From an uncultured bacterium (lineage in GTDB: Bacteria; Pseudomonadota; Alphaproteobacteria; Sphingomonadales; Sphingomonadaceae): 64,000 nucleotides of DNA. Positions 9,328 to 19,175 of the stretch are shown in pieces. A model generated the notes under the pieces. It was not told the DNA's origin, made no database searches, and saw nothing but the letters and a program-made list of their open reading frames with translations. Where the stretch lies: assembly GCA_903884945.1 (NCBI GenBank), contig CAISGR010000279.1:10966-74965 (forward strand). Direction: 5' to 3'. Numbering within the stretch: the first letter of the stretch is position 1; each line of letters starts with the position of its first letter. Made by a program: the position numbers and the translations under genes.

Positions 9328-11457
9328 ATGAAGATTGCACTCGGCCTGATGGGCGTCGCGGGAATGTGGGCGGGGAGCGCCGGCGCGCAGGATATCCCCG
9401 ATACCGAGGACAGGAACCGGGACCGCGAGGACATCGTGGTCACGGCCGCCCGGACGACCCTGCCGGCGAGTGCGCTGCCGCTCACGGTGGACATCATCGA
9501 TCGCGAAACCCTGTCCCGGCAGGTGACCGTGTCGGGCTCGGTCGTCGACGCGATATCCGCGTTGCTGCCGGCGTTTTCGCCGACGCGCGAGAAGATCACC
9601 GGGGTGGGCGAGACGCTGCGCGGCCGCTCCCCGCTCTACGCGATCAACGGCATTCCCCAGTCGACGCCGATCCGCGATGGCGGACGTGACGGCTACACGA
9701 TCGATCCCCTCTTCATCGACCGGATCGAGGTGATCTACGGCTCCAACGCCCTTCAGGGGATTGGCGCGACGGGCGGCGTCGTCAACCAAGTGACGGTCCG
9801 CGCGCCGAAGCAGGACGGCTGGTCGGGGCGGACGCTGGTCCAGGGCAATGCCGGCAACGATTTCTCCGGCGCATCGCTCGGCGGCAAGCTGGGCGGCCTC
9901 GTCAACTTCCGCCGCGGTCGGGTGGATGCGACCGCCGGCGTGGCGTTCGAGCGGCGCGGCGTCTTCCTCGACGGGCGCGGGCGGCGCATCGGCTATGACG
10001 GCAACCAGAGCGAAATCCAGGACACCGACAGCCTGTCCTTCTTCGGCCGGGTCGGCGTCGCCCTGTCCGACACCGCCCGGTTCGAGGTCATCGCCAACCG
10101 CTTCCGGCTGGAAGGCAACAACCATTATGTGCCCGTGGATGGCAGCCGCGCGCTGGGCATCCCCGCGACGACCCGCCTGGGCGAGACGCAAGGACAGCCA
10201 TCGACCGGCATCGCGCAGATGGTCTCCGCATCGCTGACCGACAGCGACCTGGCCGGCGGCGCGTTCACGCTGCAAGCCTTTTACAATCGCACCAGCGACA
10301 CCTTCGCAGGCGGCATTCTCGCCACCTTCCAGGATGCGGCGATCGCGCCGGTCGGCACGCTCTTCGACCAGTCGCGCAACGTCTCGCGCAAGCTCGGCGG
10401 CAAGGTCAGCTACGAGCGGGCGGTGCCGGGCTTCGAAGCGCTCACGGTCACGCTCGGCTTCGATGCGCTGACCGACCGCACCGCGCAGACGCTGGTGCAG
10501 ACCAACCGGTCCTGGGTGCCGCAGACCGACTTTCGCAGCCTCGCCCCGTTCGGGCAGGCCAATCTCAAGCTGTTCGACGGCGTGGTTCGCCTGGCGGGGG
10601 GCGTCCGCTACGAGAATGTCCGCCTGAAGGTTCCCGACTATACCACGCTGGCGAGCGCCGGCTCCCGCTTCGTGACGGGCGGCGCCCCGTCGTTCAGGCG
10701 CGCCCTGTGGAATGGCGGTGCCGTGCTGGAGCCGATCAAGGGCATCCGCGCCTATGGCAGTTACGCCGAGGGCTATACGATCGCCGATATCGGCCGCGTG
10801 CTGCGCGGCATCAGCCAGCCGAATATACGGATCGACGATTTCCTCGACCTGACGCCGGTGATCTCGAACAATCGCGAACTGGGCATCGAAGTGGCGCAAG
10901 GGCCGCTGACCGCGAGCGCCACCTATTACTGGTCGTCAAGCGAGGCCGGACAGGTGCTGGTCCGCAACGACGACGGCATCTTCAACGTCGTACGCCAGCC
11001 GATCGACATTGCGGGCCTCGAGCTCAACGTCGACACGCGGACGCCGGTGCCGGGGCTCAAGATCGGCTTCGGCTTCAGCCACGTGACCGGCCGCACCGAT
11101 ACGAATGCCGACGGCATCCTCGATGCCGACCTCGATGGCGCCAATATCTCGCCCGATCGCCTCAACCTCAACGCGGACTTCAGCCGCGGCCGGTTCAGCG
11201 CCCGCGTGCAGGGGCGCTACTATTTGTCCCGCCGCTTCCAGGGCCAGCCGATCGCCAATGATTTCACCGGTTACCGGCTGTTCGATGCCTATGTCGCCTA
11301 TGAATTTGCCATCGGCCGCGTGATGCTGAGCGTGCAGAATCTCGGCAATGTCGACTATGTCAGCTATTACAGCGACACGCAGGGGCCGACCGACAATGCG
11401 CGCTTCTACACGGGGCGCGGGCGCAACGTGACGCTGGGCTGGCAAGCCGCCTTCTGA
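9328..11457 (+). CDS. TonB-dependent receptor, probably ferric-siderophore type
   Basis: RBS AAAAGGAG; signal peptide, TonB box DIVVTA, plug motif IDRIEVIYGSNALQGIGATGGVVN, C-terminal GRNVTLGWQAAF; PepSY neighbour. Confidence 0.92.
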   Translation: MKIALGLMGVAGMWAGSAGAQDIPDTEDRNRDREDIVVTAARTTLPASALPLTVDIIDRETLSRQVTVSGSVVDAISALLPAFSPTREKITGVGETLRGRSPLYAINGIPQSTPIRDGGRDGYTIDPLFIDRIEVIYGSNALQGIGATGGVVNQVTVRAPKQDGWSGRTLVQGNAGNDFSGASLGGKLGGLVNFRRGRVDATAGVAFERRGVFLDGRGRRIGYDGNQSEIQDTDSLSFFGRVGVALSDTARFEVIANRFRLEGNNHYVPVDGSRALGIPATTRLGETQGQPSTGIAQMVSASLTDSDLAGGAFTLQAFYNRTSDTFAGGILATFQDAAIAPVGTLFDQSRNVSRKLGGKVSYERAVPGFEALTVTLGFDALTDRTAQTLVQTNRSWVPQTDFRSLAPFGQANLKLFDGVVRLAGGVRYENVRLKVPDYTTLASAGSRFVTGGAPSFRRALWNGGAVLEPIKGIRAYGSYAEGYTIADIGRVLRGISQPNIRIDDFLDLTPVISNNRELGIEVAQGPLTASATYYWSSSEAGQVLVRNDDGIFNVVRQPIDIAGLELNVDTRTPVPGLKIGFGFSHVTGRTDTNADGILDADLDGANISPDRLNLNADFSRGRFSARVQGRYYLSRRFQGQPIANDFTGYRLFDAYVAYEFAIGRVMLSVQNLGNVDYVSYYSDTQGPTDNARFYTGRGRNVTLGWQAAF

Positions 11458-12572
11458 TGCGCCTGCTTGCGCAGCTGCATCGCTGGACCGGCGCGCTGGC
11501 GGGGGCACTGCTGGCGCTGCTCGGCCTTACCGGCGCCCTGCTGGTCTGGCGCAACCGCCTGACGTTCGTGCAGCATGCCGGCGACGCGCCCCGCCACGAC
11601 GACGCCGCGCTGGCGCGGATCCTGGACGCGCTGGCCCAGGGCGCGAGACCGGTCGATCGCGTCACCTTCGCGGGGGACGGGCTGGGCGTGCACCAGGTGG
11701 TCTTCGCGGACGGAAGCGGCGCCTATCTCAGCCAGGGCGGCGAGATCGTCGCGCGCTGGACCAGCATCTGGCAGCGGCCCGAGCTATGGCTGTTCGACCT
11801 GCATCATCGCCTTCTCCTCGGCGATGCCGGGGAGACGGCGACCGGTATCGCCGGGCTGATCGGCCTCTTCTTCGTCGTCAGCGGCGTCCTGCTGTGGTGG
11901 CGGATGCGCGCCCGGTTCCGGCCGCGGCCATGGCCCGCCCGGATGACGCCGGGTGCGATCGTCCACCACCATCGCGACCTGGGCATTCTCACCGCGCCGC
12001 TGCTGTTCCTGTCGCTGCTCACCGGCGTGATGATGGTCCTGCCCTCAATCGGGCAGTTGCTGCTGTCCCCGCTGGGCCAGGAGGAGCGGCTGCGCGTTCC
12101 GGAAGTGCCGCCCGGCCATGTGACCGGCGCTCGCCCCGATATGGGGGCAATGCTCGCCTCGGCCAGGCGGCGGTTCCCGGAGGCCGAGCCGCGGCGCCTG
12201 CAATGGCCGCGCAAGCCGGGCGCGCCGGTCACGCTGCGCCTGCGGCAGCCGTTCGAATGGACGCCGAACGGCCGCACATTCCTCTACTTCGATCCGGCAA
12301 CGACGGCAGTATTGGGCGAAGCCGATCCCGTCGATGCCGGCGCAGCGGCGTGGGCGCGGGAGAAGCTCTATCCCGTTCATGCCGCCAGGACCGGCGGCCT
12401 CGCCTGGAAACTGGCCATGACCGCCTCCGGCATCGCCCTCGCGCTGCTGGGCAGCCTGGCGGTCTATGGCTTCTGGCGGACCCGGTGGAACATCCGAAGC
12501 GCCGCGCGCAGGAAGCGACACCCGTACCGACCTGCGTCATCGCCGGGCGACGGAGACGTGACCATCCCGTGA
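11457..12572 (+). CDS. PepSY-associated TM helix protein (possible siderophore reductase-type inner-membrane protein)
   Basis: LHRWTG, DLHHRL, HHHRDLG, YPVHAA heme-His motifs; translationally coupled to the TBDR. Confidence 0.9.
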   Translation: MRLLAQLHRWTGALAGALLALLGLTGALLVWRNRLTFVQHAGDAPRHDDAALARILDALAQGARPVDRVTFAGDGLGVHQVVFADGSGAYLSQGGEIVARWTSIWQRPELWLFDLHHRLLLGDAGETATGIAGLIGLFFVVSGVLLWWRMRARFRPRPWPARMTPGAIVHHHRDLGILTAPLLFLSLLTGVMMVLPSIGQLLLSPLGQEERLRVPEVPPGHVTGARPDMGAMLASARRRFPEAEPRRLQWPRKPGAPVTLRLRQPFEWTPNGRTFLYFDPATTAVLGEADPVDAGAAAWAREKLYPVHAARTGGLAWKLAMTASGIALALLGSLAVYGFWRTRWNIRSAARRKRHPYRPASSPGDGDVTIP

Positions 12573-12593
12573 CGCGGTTCGCCGCTGTCCGCC

Positions 12594-13079
12594 CTAAAAC
12601 GCCATCGGCAGATGATGGACGATCCGGAGCGACTGGATCAGCCATCGTCCATCCAGCCGGACGAGGCTGGGACGGTAATAGCCTGACTCGATCGGGGTGA
12701 TCCTGCCCTGCGCGCCCAAGGCATCGGCCGGCCAGCCGCCGTCCGGCTTGCTGTCGCCGACAATATCGAAGACCATGAACTGCGCATCGACCGTGGCGCG
12801 GTCATCGTCGATCTCCACCAGGACACCGCTCAGCAGGTTCTGGCTCCAGCCGCGATCCGGATGCGGTTTCATCATGGCGGCAACCGCCGCGGCGATGGCC
12901 TCGCGCCCCTCGATCCCGCCAAGCGACTCCATTTCCCCCCGGTTCGAATACAGGATCTCCACCTGGGCATCCGCCGTGAAGAGAGCAGCCATCGCGGCGC
13001 CATCCCGGCTGTCATGGGCGCGGACATAGCGACCCAGGACCTGCCGCACCGCCAGTTCGTCAAGCATCGTGAACTCCAT
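12594..13079 (-). CDS. SnoaL/NTF2-like fold protein
   Basis: VRQVLGRYVRAHDSRD...ALFTADA, EIDDDRATV, GYYRPSLVRLDGRWLI pattern. Confidence 0.8.
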   Translation of the reverse strand: MEFTMLDELAVRQVLGRYVRAHDSRDGAAMAALFTADAQVEILYSNRGEMESLGGIEGREAIAAAVAAMMKPHPDRGWSQNLLSGVLVEIDDDRATVDAQFMVFDIVGDSKPDGGWPADALGAQGRITPIESGYYRPSLVRLDGRWLIQSLRIVHHLPMAF

Positions 13080-13092
13080 TCGGCATCGTCGC

Positions 13093-13836
13093 TCAGATCA
13101 TGTAGCCGCCCGATACCTCGATCGTCTGGGCGTTGATCCATCCGTTGTCGGCGGAGAAGAGGCTCGCGACCACGCGACCCACATCGTCTGCCTCGCCGAT
13201 GCGGCCGAGCGCAGTCTGGCCGGCAAGAAGCCTTTCGAAATCCTCCGGAATGCCCCCGCCGAGATCAGTCCGGATCGCGCCCGGGGCAACGGCGTTCGCG
13301 CGAATGCGGCGCGGGCCGAATTCCTTGGCCATGTAGCGCGTGAGTATCTCGAGCCCGCCCTTGAACGCGGCATAAGGGGCGACCCCAGCCGTCGCGACGC
13401 GGGTCGTGGCACTCGATATGTTCACGACCTGGCTGCCCTCGGCCATCAGGGGCAGCAGCGCCTGGGTGAGGAAGAAGGGCCCCTTGAGATGCACCTGGAA
13501 GAGCCCGTCGAACTCCTCCTCCGTCACGGCCTCGATCGGCTTGAAGAGACCATGGCCGGCATTGTTGACCAGCCCGTCGATGCTCTCCCTGCCCCATTGA
13601 GCCCGCAGCGCTGCCACCACCTCGCCGCGGAACGCGTCGAACGAGGCGATATCGCGGACATCCAGCCGGAGCGCGCAGGCCTGGCCGCCCGCCGCGTCGA
13701 CCTCGCGAACGAGCTGCTCGGCCCCGGCCGGATGCGTGTTGAAGGTGACGATCACCCCTATCCCGGATCGGGCGCAGGCGCGAGCCACGCTGCGCCCGAT
13801 CCCCCGGCTGCCGCCGGTAACGATGACGACCTTCAT
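13093..13836 (-). CDS. Short-chain dehydrogenase/reductase
   Basis: [24 protein letters not shown] (YxxxK), NAVAPG. Confidence 0.95.
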   Translation of the reverse strand: MKVVIVTGGSRGIGRSVARACARSGIGVIVTFNTHPAGAEQLVREVDAAGGQACALRLDVRDIASFDAFRGEVVAALRAQWGRESIDGLVNNAGHGLFKPIEAVTEEEFDGLFQVHLKGPFFLTQALLPLMAEGSQVVNISSATTRVATAGVAPYAAFKGGLEILTRYMAKEFGPRRIRANAVAPGAIRTDLGGGIPEDFERLLAGQTALGRIGEADDVGRVVASLFSADNGWINAQTIEVSGGYMI

Positions 13837-14804
13837 GCCTGGGCAAAGGCCGCGAGATCGGCGTTGAACCGCGTCTTGTGCGTCGTGGGAAGCCCGTGCG
13901 GGGCCGCGGGATAGATCTTCAGCGTCGCCTGCCTGACCAGCTTCGCCGTCAGCCTGGCCGAATCCTCCACGGGCACGATCTGATCGTCCGCGCCGTGCAC
14001 GATGAGGGTGGGCACATCGAACCGCGCCAGGTCCGCGTGGAAATCCTGCTCCGAAAATTGCCTGATGCAATCATAGGCGGCCTTCAGCCCGGCCATCATG
14101 CACATCGACCAGAAGGCATCCCGGACGCCTTCCGAGACCTGGGCGCCGGGCCGGTTGTAGCCGTAGAAGGGCAGACTCAAATCCCGGTAATATTGCGCCC
14201 GGTCAGCCAGCACGCCGGCGCGGATCGCATCGAAGGCTTCGATCGGGGTTCCGGCGGGATTGGCGGGCGACTTGATCATGACCGGCGGGATCGCCGAAAC
14301 CAGCACTGCCTTGCGCACGCGGGCGGTGCCGTGGCGCCCGATATAGCGCGTGACTTCGCCGCCGCCGGTGGAATGACCGACGAGCACCGCATCGGTAATG
14401 TCCAGCGTGTCGAGCAGGCTGGCAAGATCATCGGCATAGGTATCCATGTCGTTGCCGTTCCACGGCTGCCCCGACCGACCATGCCCGCGCCGGTCATGCG
14501 CGATCACGCGAAACCCATTCGACGCCAGATAATAGAGTTGGTCCTCCCACGCGTCGGCGTTGAGGGGCCAGCCATGGGAGAAGACGACCGCAGGGCCGGC
14601 GCCCCAATCCTTGTAGAAGATGCTGGTGCCGTCCTTCATCTGCACGGTGCCCATGGCGATGTCCTTTCTTCTTGCGTGGGGAGCCTGGGCGAAAGCGGCA
14701 GCGCTTCCACCCTCGAACTGGGGAAATGCCGCGGCGGCGACAGCACCTGCGCCCATTTCCAGAATCCGCCGCCGCGACGGGTGCCGCGTCGAAGCATGGT
14801 TCAT
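13833..14804 (-). CDS. Alpha/beta hydrolase, non-heme chloroperoxidase/arylesterase type, with Tat-like leader
   Basis: SRRRILE twin-arginine leader; [26 protein letters not shown] triad. Confidence 0.92.
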   Translation of the reverse strand: MNHASTRHPSRRRILEMGAGAVAAAAFPQFEGGSAAAFAQAPHARRKDIAMGTVQMKDGTSIFYKDWGAGPAVVFSHGWPLNADAWEDQLYYLASNGFRVIAHDRRGHGRSGQPWNGNDMDTYADDLASLLDTLDITDAVLVGHSTGGGEVTRYIGRHGTARVRKAVLVSAIPPVMIKSPANPAGTPIEAFDAIRAGVLADRAQYYRDLSLPFYGYNRPGAQVSEGVRDAFWSMCMMAGLKAAYDCIRQFSEQDFHADLARFDVPTLIVHGADDQIVPVEDSARLTAKLVRQATLKIYPAAPHGLPTTHKTRFNADLAAFAQA

Positions 14805-15808
14805 CGACCGCCCCCCGTTCGCGTGGCTGCGCGGGCGCGCAGCGCTGCATCATGGCGATCGAGAAAGCGCCGGATCAGCGGGGCCATCTCGCCAAGCTTG
14901 TCCTCGAGCGCGAAATGGCCGGTATCGAGAAGGTGAAGCTCCGCATCGGGCAGGTCGCGCAGATAGGGCCCCGCGCCGTCCGCAGGAAAAATCTTGTCGT
15001 TCTTGCCCCACACGATCAGCGTCGGCGGCTTGTACTGGCGGAAAAAGGCCTGAAATTTCGGATAGAGCGGGATGTTCGATCCGTAATCGCGCAGGAGATC
15101 GAGCTGGATGTCCCGGTTGCCCGGCCGATCGAGTAGCGCCTGATCATGAACCCAATTGTCCGGACTGATGCGCGACACGTCAGCGACACCGTCCACATAT
15201 TGGAAGCGGGTCATTTCCGGCGTGACCAGGACGTTGAGCGCGTCGCGATGGGTGGCGGAGCCATCGGCCCAATAGGCCTTGATGGGATCCCAGAATTCCT
15301 TCAGCCCCTCTTCATAGGCATTGCCGTTCTGCACGATCAGGGCCGACACGCGCTCGGGATGCTTGAGGGCGAGCCGGTATCCGACCGGCGCGCCATAATC
15401 CATGACGTACATGGCGTAGCGCTGGACGCCCAGCTGCTGAACCAGGCCGTCGACCAGATCGGCATAGTGCTGGAAGCCATAGTCGAAGCGGCGATGATCC
15501 GGCGCGTCGCTCTGGCCGAACCCGGGATAGTCCGGCGCGATCACGCGATATTTGTCGGCGAGCAGCGGAATCAGGTTCCGGAACATGTGTGACGACGTAG
15601 GGAATCCGTGCAGCAGCAGGATCACCGGCGCATCGCGCGGCCCGGCCTCGCGATAGAATATGTTGACATCGCCGACGCGCGCCGTCCGATAATGCGTTTC
15701 GGACGCCCGCGCCGGCACACCGCGATCCTGAGCCGCTGCCGACAGCGGACTCAACGCGGCGGCGGCAAGGGCGAGCGACAGGACGGCCAATCTTCTGCGG
15801 TGAATCAT
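14801..15808 (-). CDS. Exported alpha/beta hydrolase, epoxide-hydrolase/dehalogenase type
   Basis: Leader [10 protein letters not shown]; [16 protein letters not shown] (Asp nucleophile), GHFALE. Confidence 0.9.
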   Translation of the reverse strand: MIHRRRLAVLSLALAAAALSPLSAAAQDRGVPARASETHYRTARVGDVNIFYREAGPRDAPVILLLHGFPTSSHMFRNLIPLLADKYRVIAPDYPGFGQSDAPDHRRFDYGFQHYADLVDGLVQQLGVQRYAMYVMDYGAPVGYRLALKHPERVSALIVQNGNAYEEGLKEFWDPIKAYWADGSATHRDALNVLVTPEMTRFQYVDGVADVSRISPDNWVHDQALLDRPGNRDIQLDLLRDYGSNIPLYPKFQAFFRQYKPPTLIVWGKNDKIFPADGAGPYLRDLPDAELHLLDTGHFALEDKLGEMAPLIRRFLDRHDAALRARAATRTGGGR

Positions 15809-15915
15809 CGCTGGATACTCGGCTCGAGGGGAAAGCTGATGGGACGAATCTATGCTGCCGCGCCGACCGCCGGAACGCCCGGCGCGCGGCAGGCTATCTG
15901 CCGCCACCTGCAACA

Positions 15916-16860
15916 ATGATCGACCGGCTCGACGCCATGCGCGTGTTCGTCACCGCGCTCGAAGAGGGTAGCCTCGCCCGTGCCGGACAGACGCTCGGGA
16001 GATCCCCCGCTGCGATCAGCCGCGCCATCGTTTTCCTCGAGAAGCATGTCGGGGCGCCGCTGCTCCACCGGACGACGCGCAGGCTCCAGCTCACGGAGGC
16101 GGGGGAACGCTATGCGGGCGTGTGCCGCCGCGTACTCGCGGAACTGGACGAGGCGGACCTTGCCGCAGCGGGCGAGCGGGCCGAGCCGCGCGGCGTCCTG
16201 ACCGTCACGGCCCCGGTCATGTTCGGCACACGCATCCTGCGGCCGGTCGTGGGCGAGTTCCTCCAGCACCACCCCGCCGTTCAGGTGCGGCTGCTGCTGC
16301 TCAACCGCATCACGAATTTCGTGGACGAGGGGATCGATATCGGGCTGCGGATCGCCGCCCTCCAGGATTCAGCGCTGTTGGCGCTCAAGATTGGCGAGGT
16401 TCGCCGGGTCCTGTGCGCATCGCCCGCCTATCTCGCGCGTCGCCCCGCGCCGCAGGCGCTGAGCGACCTTTCCCGGCACGACTGCATCGCGGTCGAGCCG
16501 GCCAGCCCCGAGGAGAATTGGAGTTTCCCGCCGGCCCCGGGCAGGAGAGTCGCCCGGACCGTCCGCATCAGGCCGCGCCTGATGGTCAACGCCGATGAGG
16601 CGGCGGTGAGCGCGGCGCTGGACGGCGAGGGGATCGTCCGCATGTTCTCCTACAAGATCCAGCGGGAGGTGCAGGAGGGGCGCCTGATCATCCTGCTTCC
16701 CGAGGACGAACCGCCGCCGGTCCCCGTCCATCTGATCGCTTCGGAGCAAAGGCTCGCCCTGCCCAAGGTCCGGGCCTTCATGGATTTTGCCGGCGCGCGG
16801 CTCCGGGCCAGTTTCAAGAGCATGGACAATCGCCGGCTCGCGACCGCCGCCACCGCCTGA
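15916..16860 (+). CDS. LysR-family transcriptional regulator (CrgA-like)
   Basis: [28 protein letters not shown]...LLHRTTRRL; substrate domain; divergent from the hydrolase operon. Confidence 0.95.
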   Translation: MIDRLDAMRVFVTALEEGSLARAGQTLGRSPAAISRAIVFLEKHVGAPLLHRTTRRLQLTEAGERYAGVCRRVLAELDEADLAAAGERAEPRGVLTVTAPVMFGTRILRPVVGEFLQHHPAVQVRLLLLNRITNFVDEGIDIGLRIAALQDSALLALKIGEVRRVLCASPAYLARRPAPQALSDLSRHDCIAVEPASPEENWSFPPAPGRRVARTVRIRPRLMVNADEAAVSAALDGEGIVRMFSYKIQREVQEGRLIILLPEDEPPPVPVHLIASEQRLALPKVRAFMDFAGARLRASFKSMDNRRLATAATA

Positions 16861-16911
16861 AGCGCCGCATTCGAGCCGGCCCGCCACGGCCCCGCCCTCC
16901 CCTTATCGACC

Positions 16912-16927
16912 GTCATCAAAGCTTCAC
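16912..16927 (+). promoter_or_regulatory. Pho-box-like 11-bp-periodic direct repeat (GTCAT-N6-TTCAC)
   Basis: CCGTCATCAAAGCTTCAC about 45 bp upstream of the response regulator; OmpR/PhoB-type spacing. Confidence 0.4.
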
Positions 16928-16970
16928 GTTCGGGGACCACCAGACCCTTTCTTCTGTGTGAGTTTCGGCC

Positions 16971-17666
16971 ATGCCACGGATCCTGGTTGTCGAAGACGAT
17001 AGCAAGTCGGCCGAGGCAATCGCCTCCGTGCTGCGCGACGAGGGCATGGCGGTGACGCTCAGCGACAACGGCGCGCAGGCGTTCCTGCTGGCGCGCGCGG
17101 GTGCGTTCGACGGGATCGTGCTCGACCGGATGCTGCCCGGCGGCATCGACGGCATCGGCGTGCTCGACATGCTGCGCGACGCCGAGATCATGACGCCGGT
17201 GCTGATCCTCAGCGCCCTGTCGGCGCTGGAGGAGCGCGTGCGGGGGCTGCGCGCGGGCGGCGACGACTATCTCGCCAAGCCGTTCGAGCCGATCGAGCTG
17301 GCCGCGCGCGTGACCGCGCTGGTGCGGCGGCGACGCAACGAGGGCAGCGCGACCATGCTCGACGCCGGCCGGGTGCGGATCGACCTGATCGCGCGCCAGG
17401 CAGCGGTCGACGGCGCAGCGATCGACCTGCAGCCGCGCGAGCTGCAGCTGCTCGAATATCTCGCGCGCCGGCCCGACCGGCCCGTCACGCGCGCCATGAT
17501 CTTCGAGGACGTCTGGGGCTATCGCTACGACCCCAGGACCAACGTGATCGACGTGCACATCACGCGGCTGCGCCGCAAGATCGAGCGGGCGGATGCCCCG
17601 CCGCTGATCGAGACCTTGAGGGGAACGGGCTATGTCTTTCGCGGCACTCAGGCGCTGGCGCCGTAG
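16971..17666 (+). CDS. OmpR/PhoB-family response regulator
   Basis: VVEDD, LDRMLPG, GGDDYLAKPF, TNVIDVHITRLRRKI, IETLRGTGY. Confidence 0.95.
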   Translation: MPRILVVEDDSKSAEAIASVLRDEGMAVTLSDNGAQAFLLARAGAFDGIVLDRMLPGGIDGIGVLDMLRDAEIMTPVLILSALSALEERVRGLRAGGDDYLAKPFEPIELAARVTALVRRRRNEGSATMLDAGRVRIDLIARQAAVDGAAIDLQPRELQLLEYLARRPDRPVTRAMIFEDVWGYRYDPRTNVIDVHITRLRRKIERADAPPLIETLRGTGYVFRGTQALAP

Positions 17667-18975
17667 CTCGAGCGCACGCTTCGCGCTGCTGTTCCTGCTG
17701 CTGTTCGGATCGACCTCGGCGGCGCTGTTCGGCTTCGTCTATGCGCGCTCGATTGCCTATTTCAACGCGCAGACCGACGAGTGGCTCGTCCGCGAGACCG
17801 GCCGGGTGATGCGGCCCGATACCGACCGCGCGACCGCGCTGGAGCGCGTCGCCGCGCATAATGCGCATGATGTCAGCCATCTGCGCACCTTCGCGCTGTT
17901 CGACCCGGCCGGCCGGCATGTCGCGGGCGACCTGCTCGACTTGCCGCGGGGGCTCGCCACCGACGTGCCGATCGAACTGGTCGCGACGACCAGGGGCGGG
18001 CCCGCGCCGCTCCGGCTGATGGTCCGCCGGCTGGCCAATGGCGATCGCTTCGTGGCGTCGCAGGACCTGCGCCAGACGCGCAGCTTCGCGGCCGAGCTGG
18101 TCGGCGCGATGATCCAGGCCGGCGCGGCGATGCTGCTGCTCGGCCTGGCGGGCGCGCTCGCGCTCGCGGCGGCGCAGGAACGGCGCATCCGCCGTCTCGC
18201 GCGGAGCCTGCAGCAGATCATGGCCGGGAAGCTCGGCGCGCGCCTGGCGACATCGAGCCGGCGCGACGAGCTCGACGACTTCGCCGCCGAGGTCAACCGC
18301 ACGCTCGACGAGCTGCAGCGGCTGATGCTCGAGGTGAAATCGGCCGGCGACAATATCGCGCACGACATGCGGACGCCGCTGACGCGCCTGCTGGCCAATC
18401 TCCAGCGCGCCAATACGAAGGACGCGCAACCCGCGCAGATGGCCGATTCGATCAGCGAGGCAGTCGACGAAGTGCAGGGCATGATCGCCATGTTCAACGC
18501 GCTGCTGCGCATTGCGGAAATCGACGAAGGCGCGCGGCGCACCGGCTTTCGCGCGATCGATCTCGCCCGGGTGGTCGCGGACGTGGCGGATTTCCACGAG
18601 GTCGCCGCGATCGAGCGCGGCATCACCATCGCGCGCGCGATGCCCGAGCACCTGCCCTTCGAGGGCGATGCGGACCTGCTGTTCGAGGCGGTCGGCAACC
18701 TGCTCGACAATGCCGTCAAATACACGCCCGACGGGGGCCGCATCCTCATCCGCCTCGCCGACGGGCCCGTGCTGAGCGTGAGCGACACCGGGCCGGGCAT
18801 CCCCGCCGGCGAGCAGAACCGCGTCACCCAGCGCTTCCACCGCGTCGAGGCGAGCCGGCAGCTGCCCGGCAACGGCCTCGGCCTGGCGCTGGTCGCCGCG
18901 ATCGCGCGGCTGCACCGGCTCGACTTCCGCATCGGCGGCGGGCCGGGCTGCGTGGCCACGCTGGCGCCCGCCTGA
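17632..18975 (+). CDS. Sensor histidine kinase
   Basis: Two TM, HAMP, NIAHDMRTPL, NLLDNAVKY, DTGPGI, GNGLGL. Confidence 0.95.
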   Translation: MSFAALRRWRRSSSARFALLFLLLFGSTSAALFGFVYARSIAYFNAQTDEWLVRETGRVMRPDTDRATALERVAAHNAHDVSHLRTFALFDPAGRHVAGDLLDLPRGLATDVPIELVATTRGGPAPLRLMVRRLANGDRFVASQDLRQTRSFAAELVGAMIQAGAAMLLLGLAGALALAAAQERRIRRLARSLQQIMAGKLGARLATSSRRDELDDFAAEVNRTLDELQRLMLEVKSAGDNIAHDMRTPLTRLLANLQRANTKDAQPAQMADSISEAVDEVQGMIAMFNALLRIAEIDEGARRTGFRAIDLARVVADVADFHEVAAIERGITIARAMPEHLPFEGDADLLFEAVGNLLDNAVKYTPDGGRILIRLADGPVLSVSDTGPGIPAGEQNRVTQRFHRVEASRQLPGNGLGLALVAAIARLHRLDFRIGGGPGCVATLAPA

Positions 18976-19175
18976 GCGGGCCAACATTAACTCGAATTTA
19001 CCCGTCCGACGCAGCGCAGCAACCAATCCGACGCCGTTGAGTCACGGGGCCTGCCTAGGGCCGTCGCGAGCAGCGGGGCCTCTGGGGGGCAGCCACAAGC
19101 AGAGAGCGAGACTGGACGCACGTCGCGGCCATGGGGCTCCCGCGTGCCGTTGACCGTCGTCGGGAGGTGCAGATT

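Noticed and set aside
15838-15852. LysR T-N11-A box (GAT-N7-ATC) in the hydrolase/LysR gap
   Set aside because: Too short and degenerate to support on its own.
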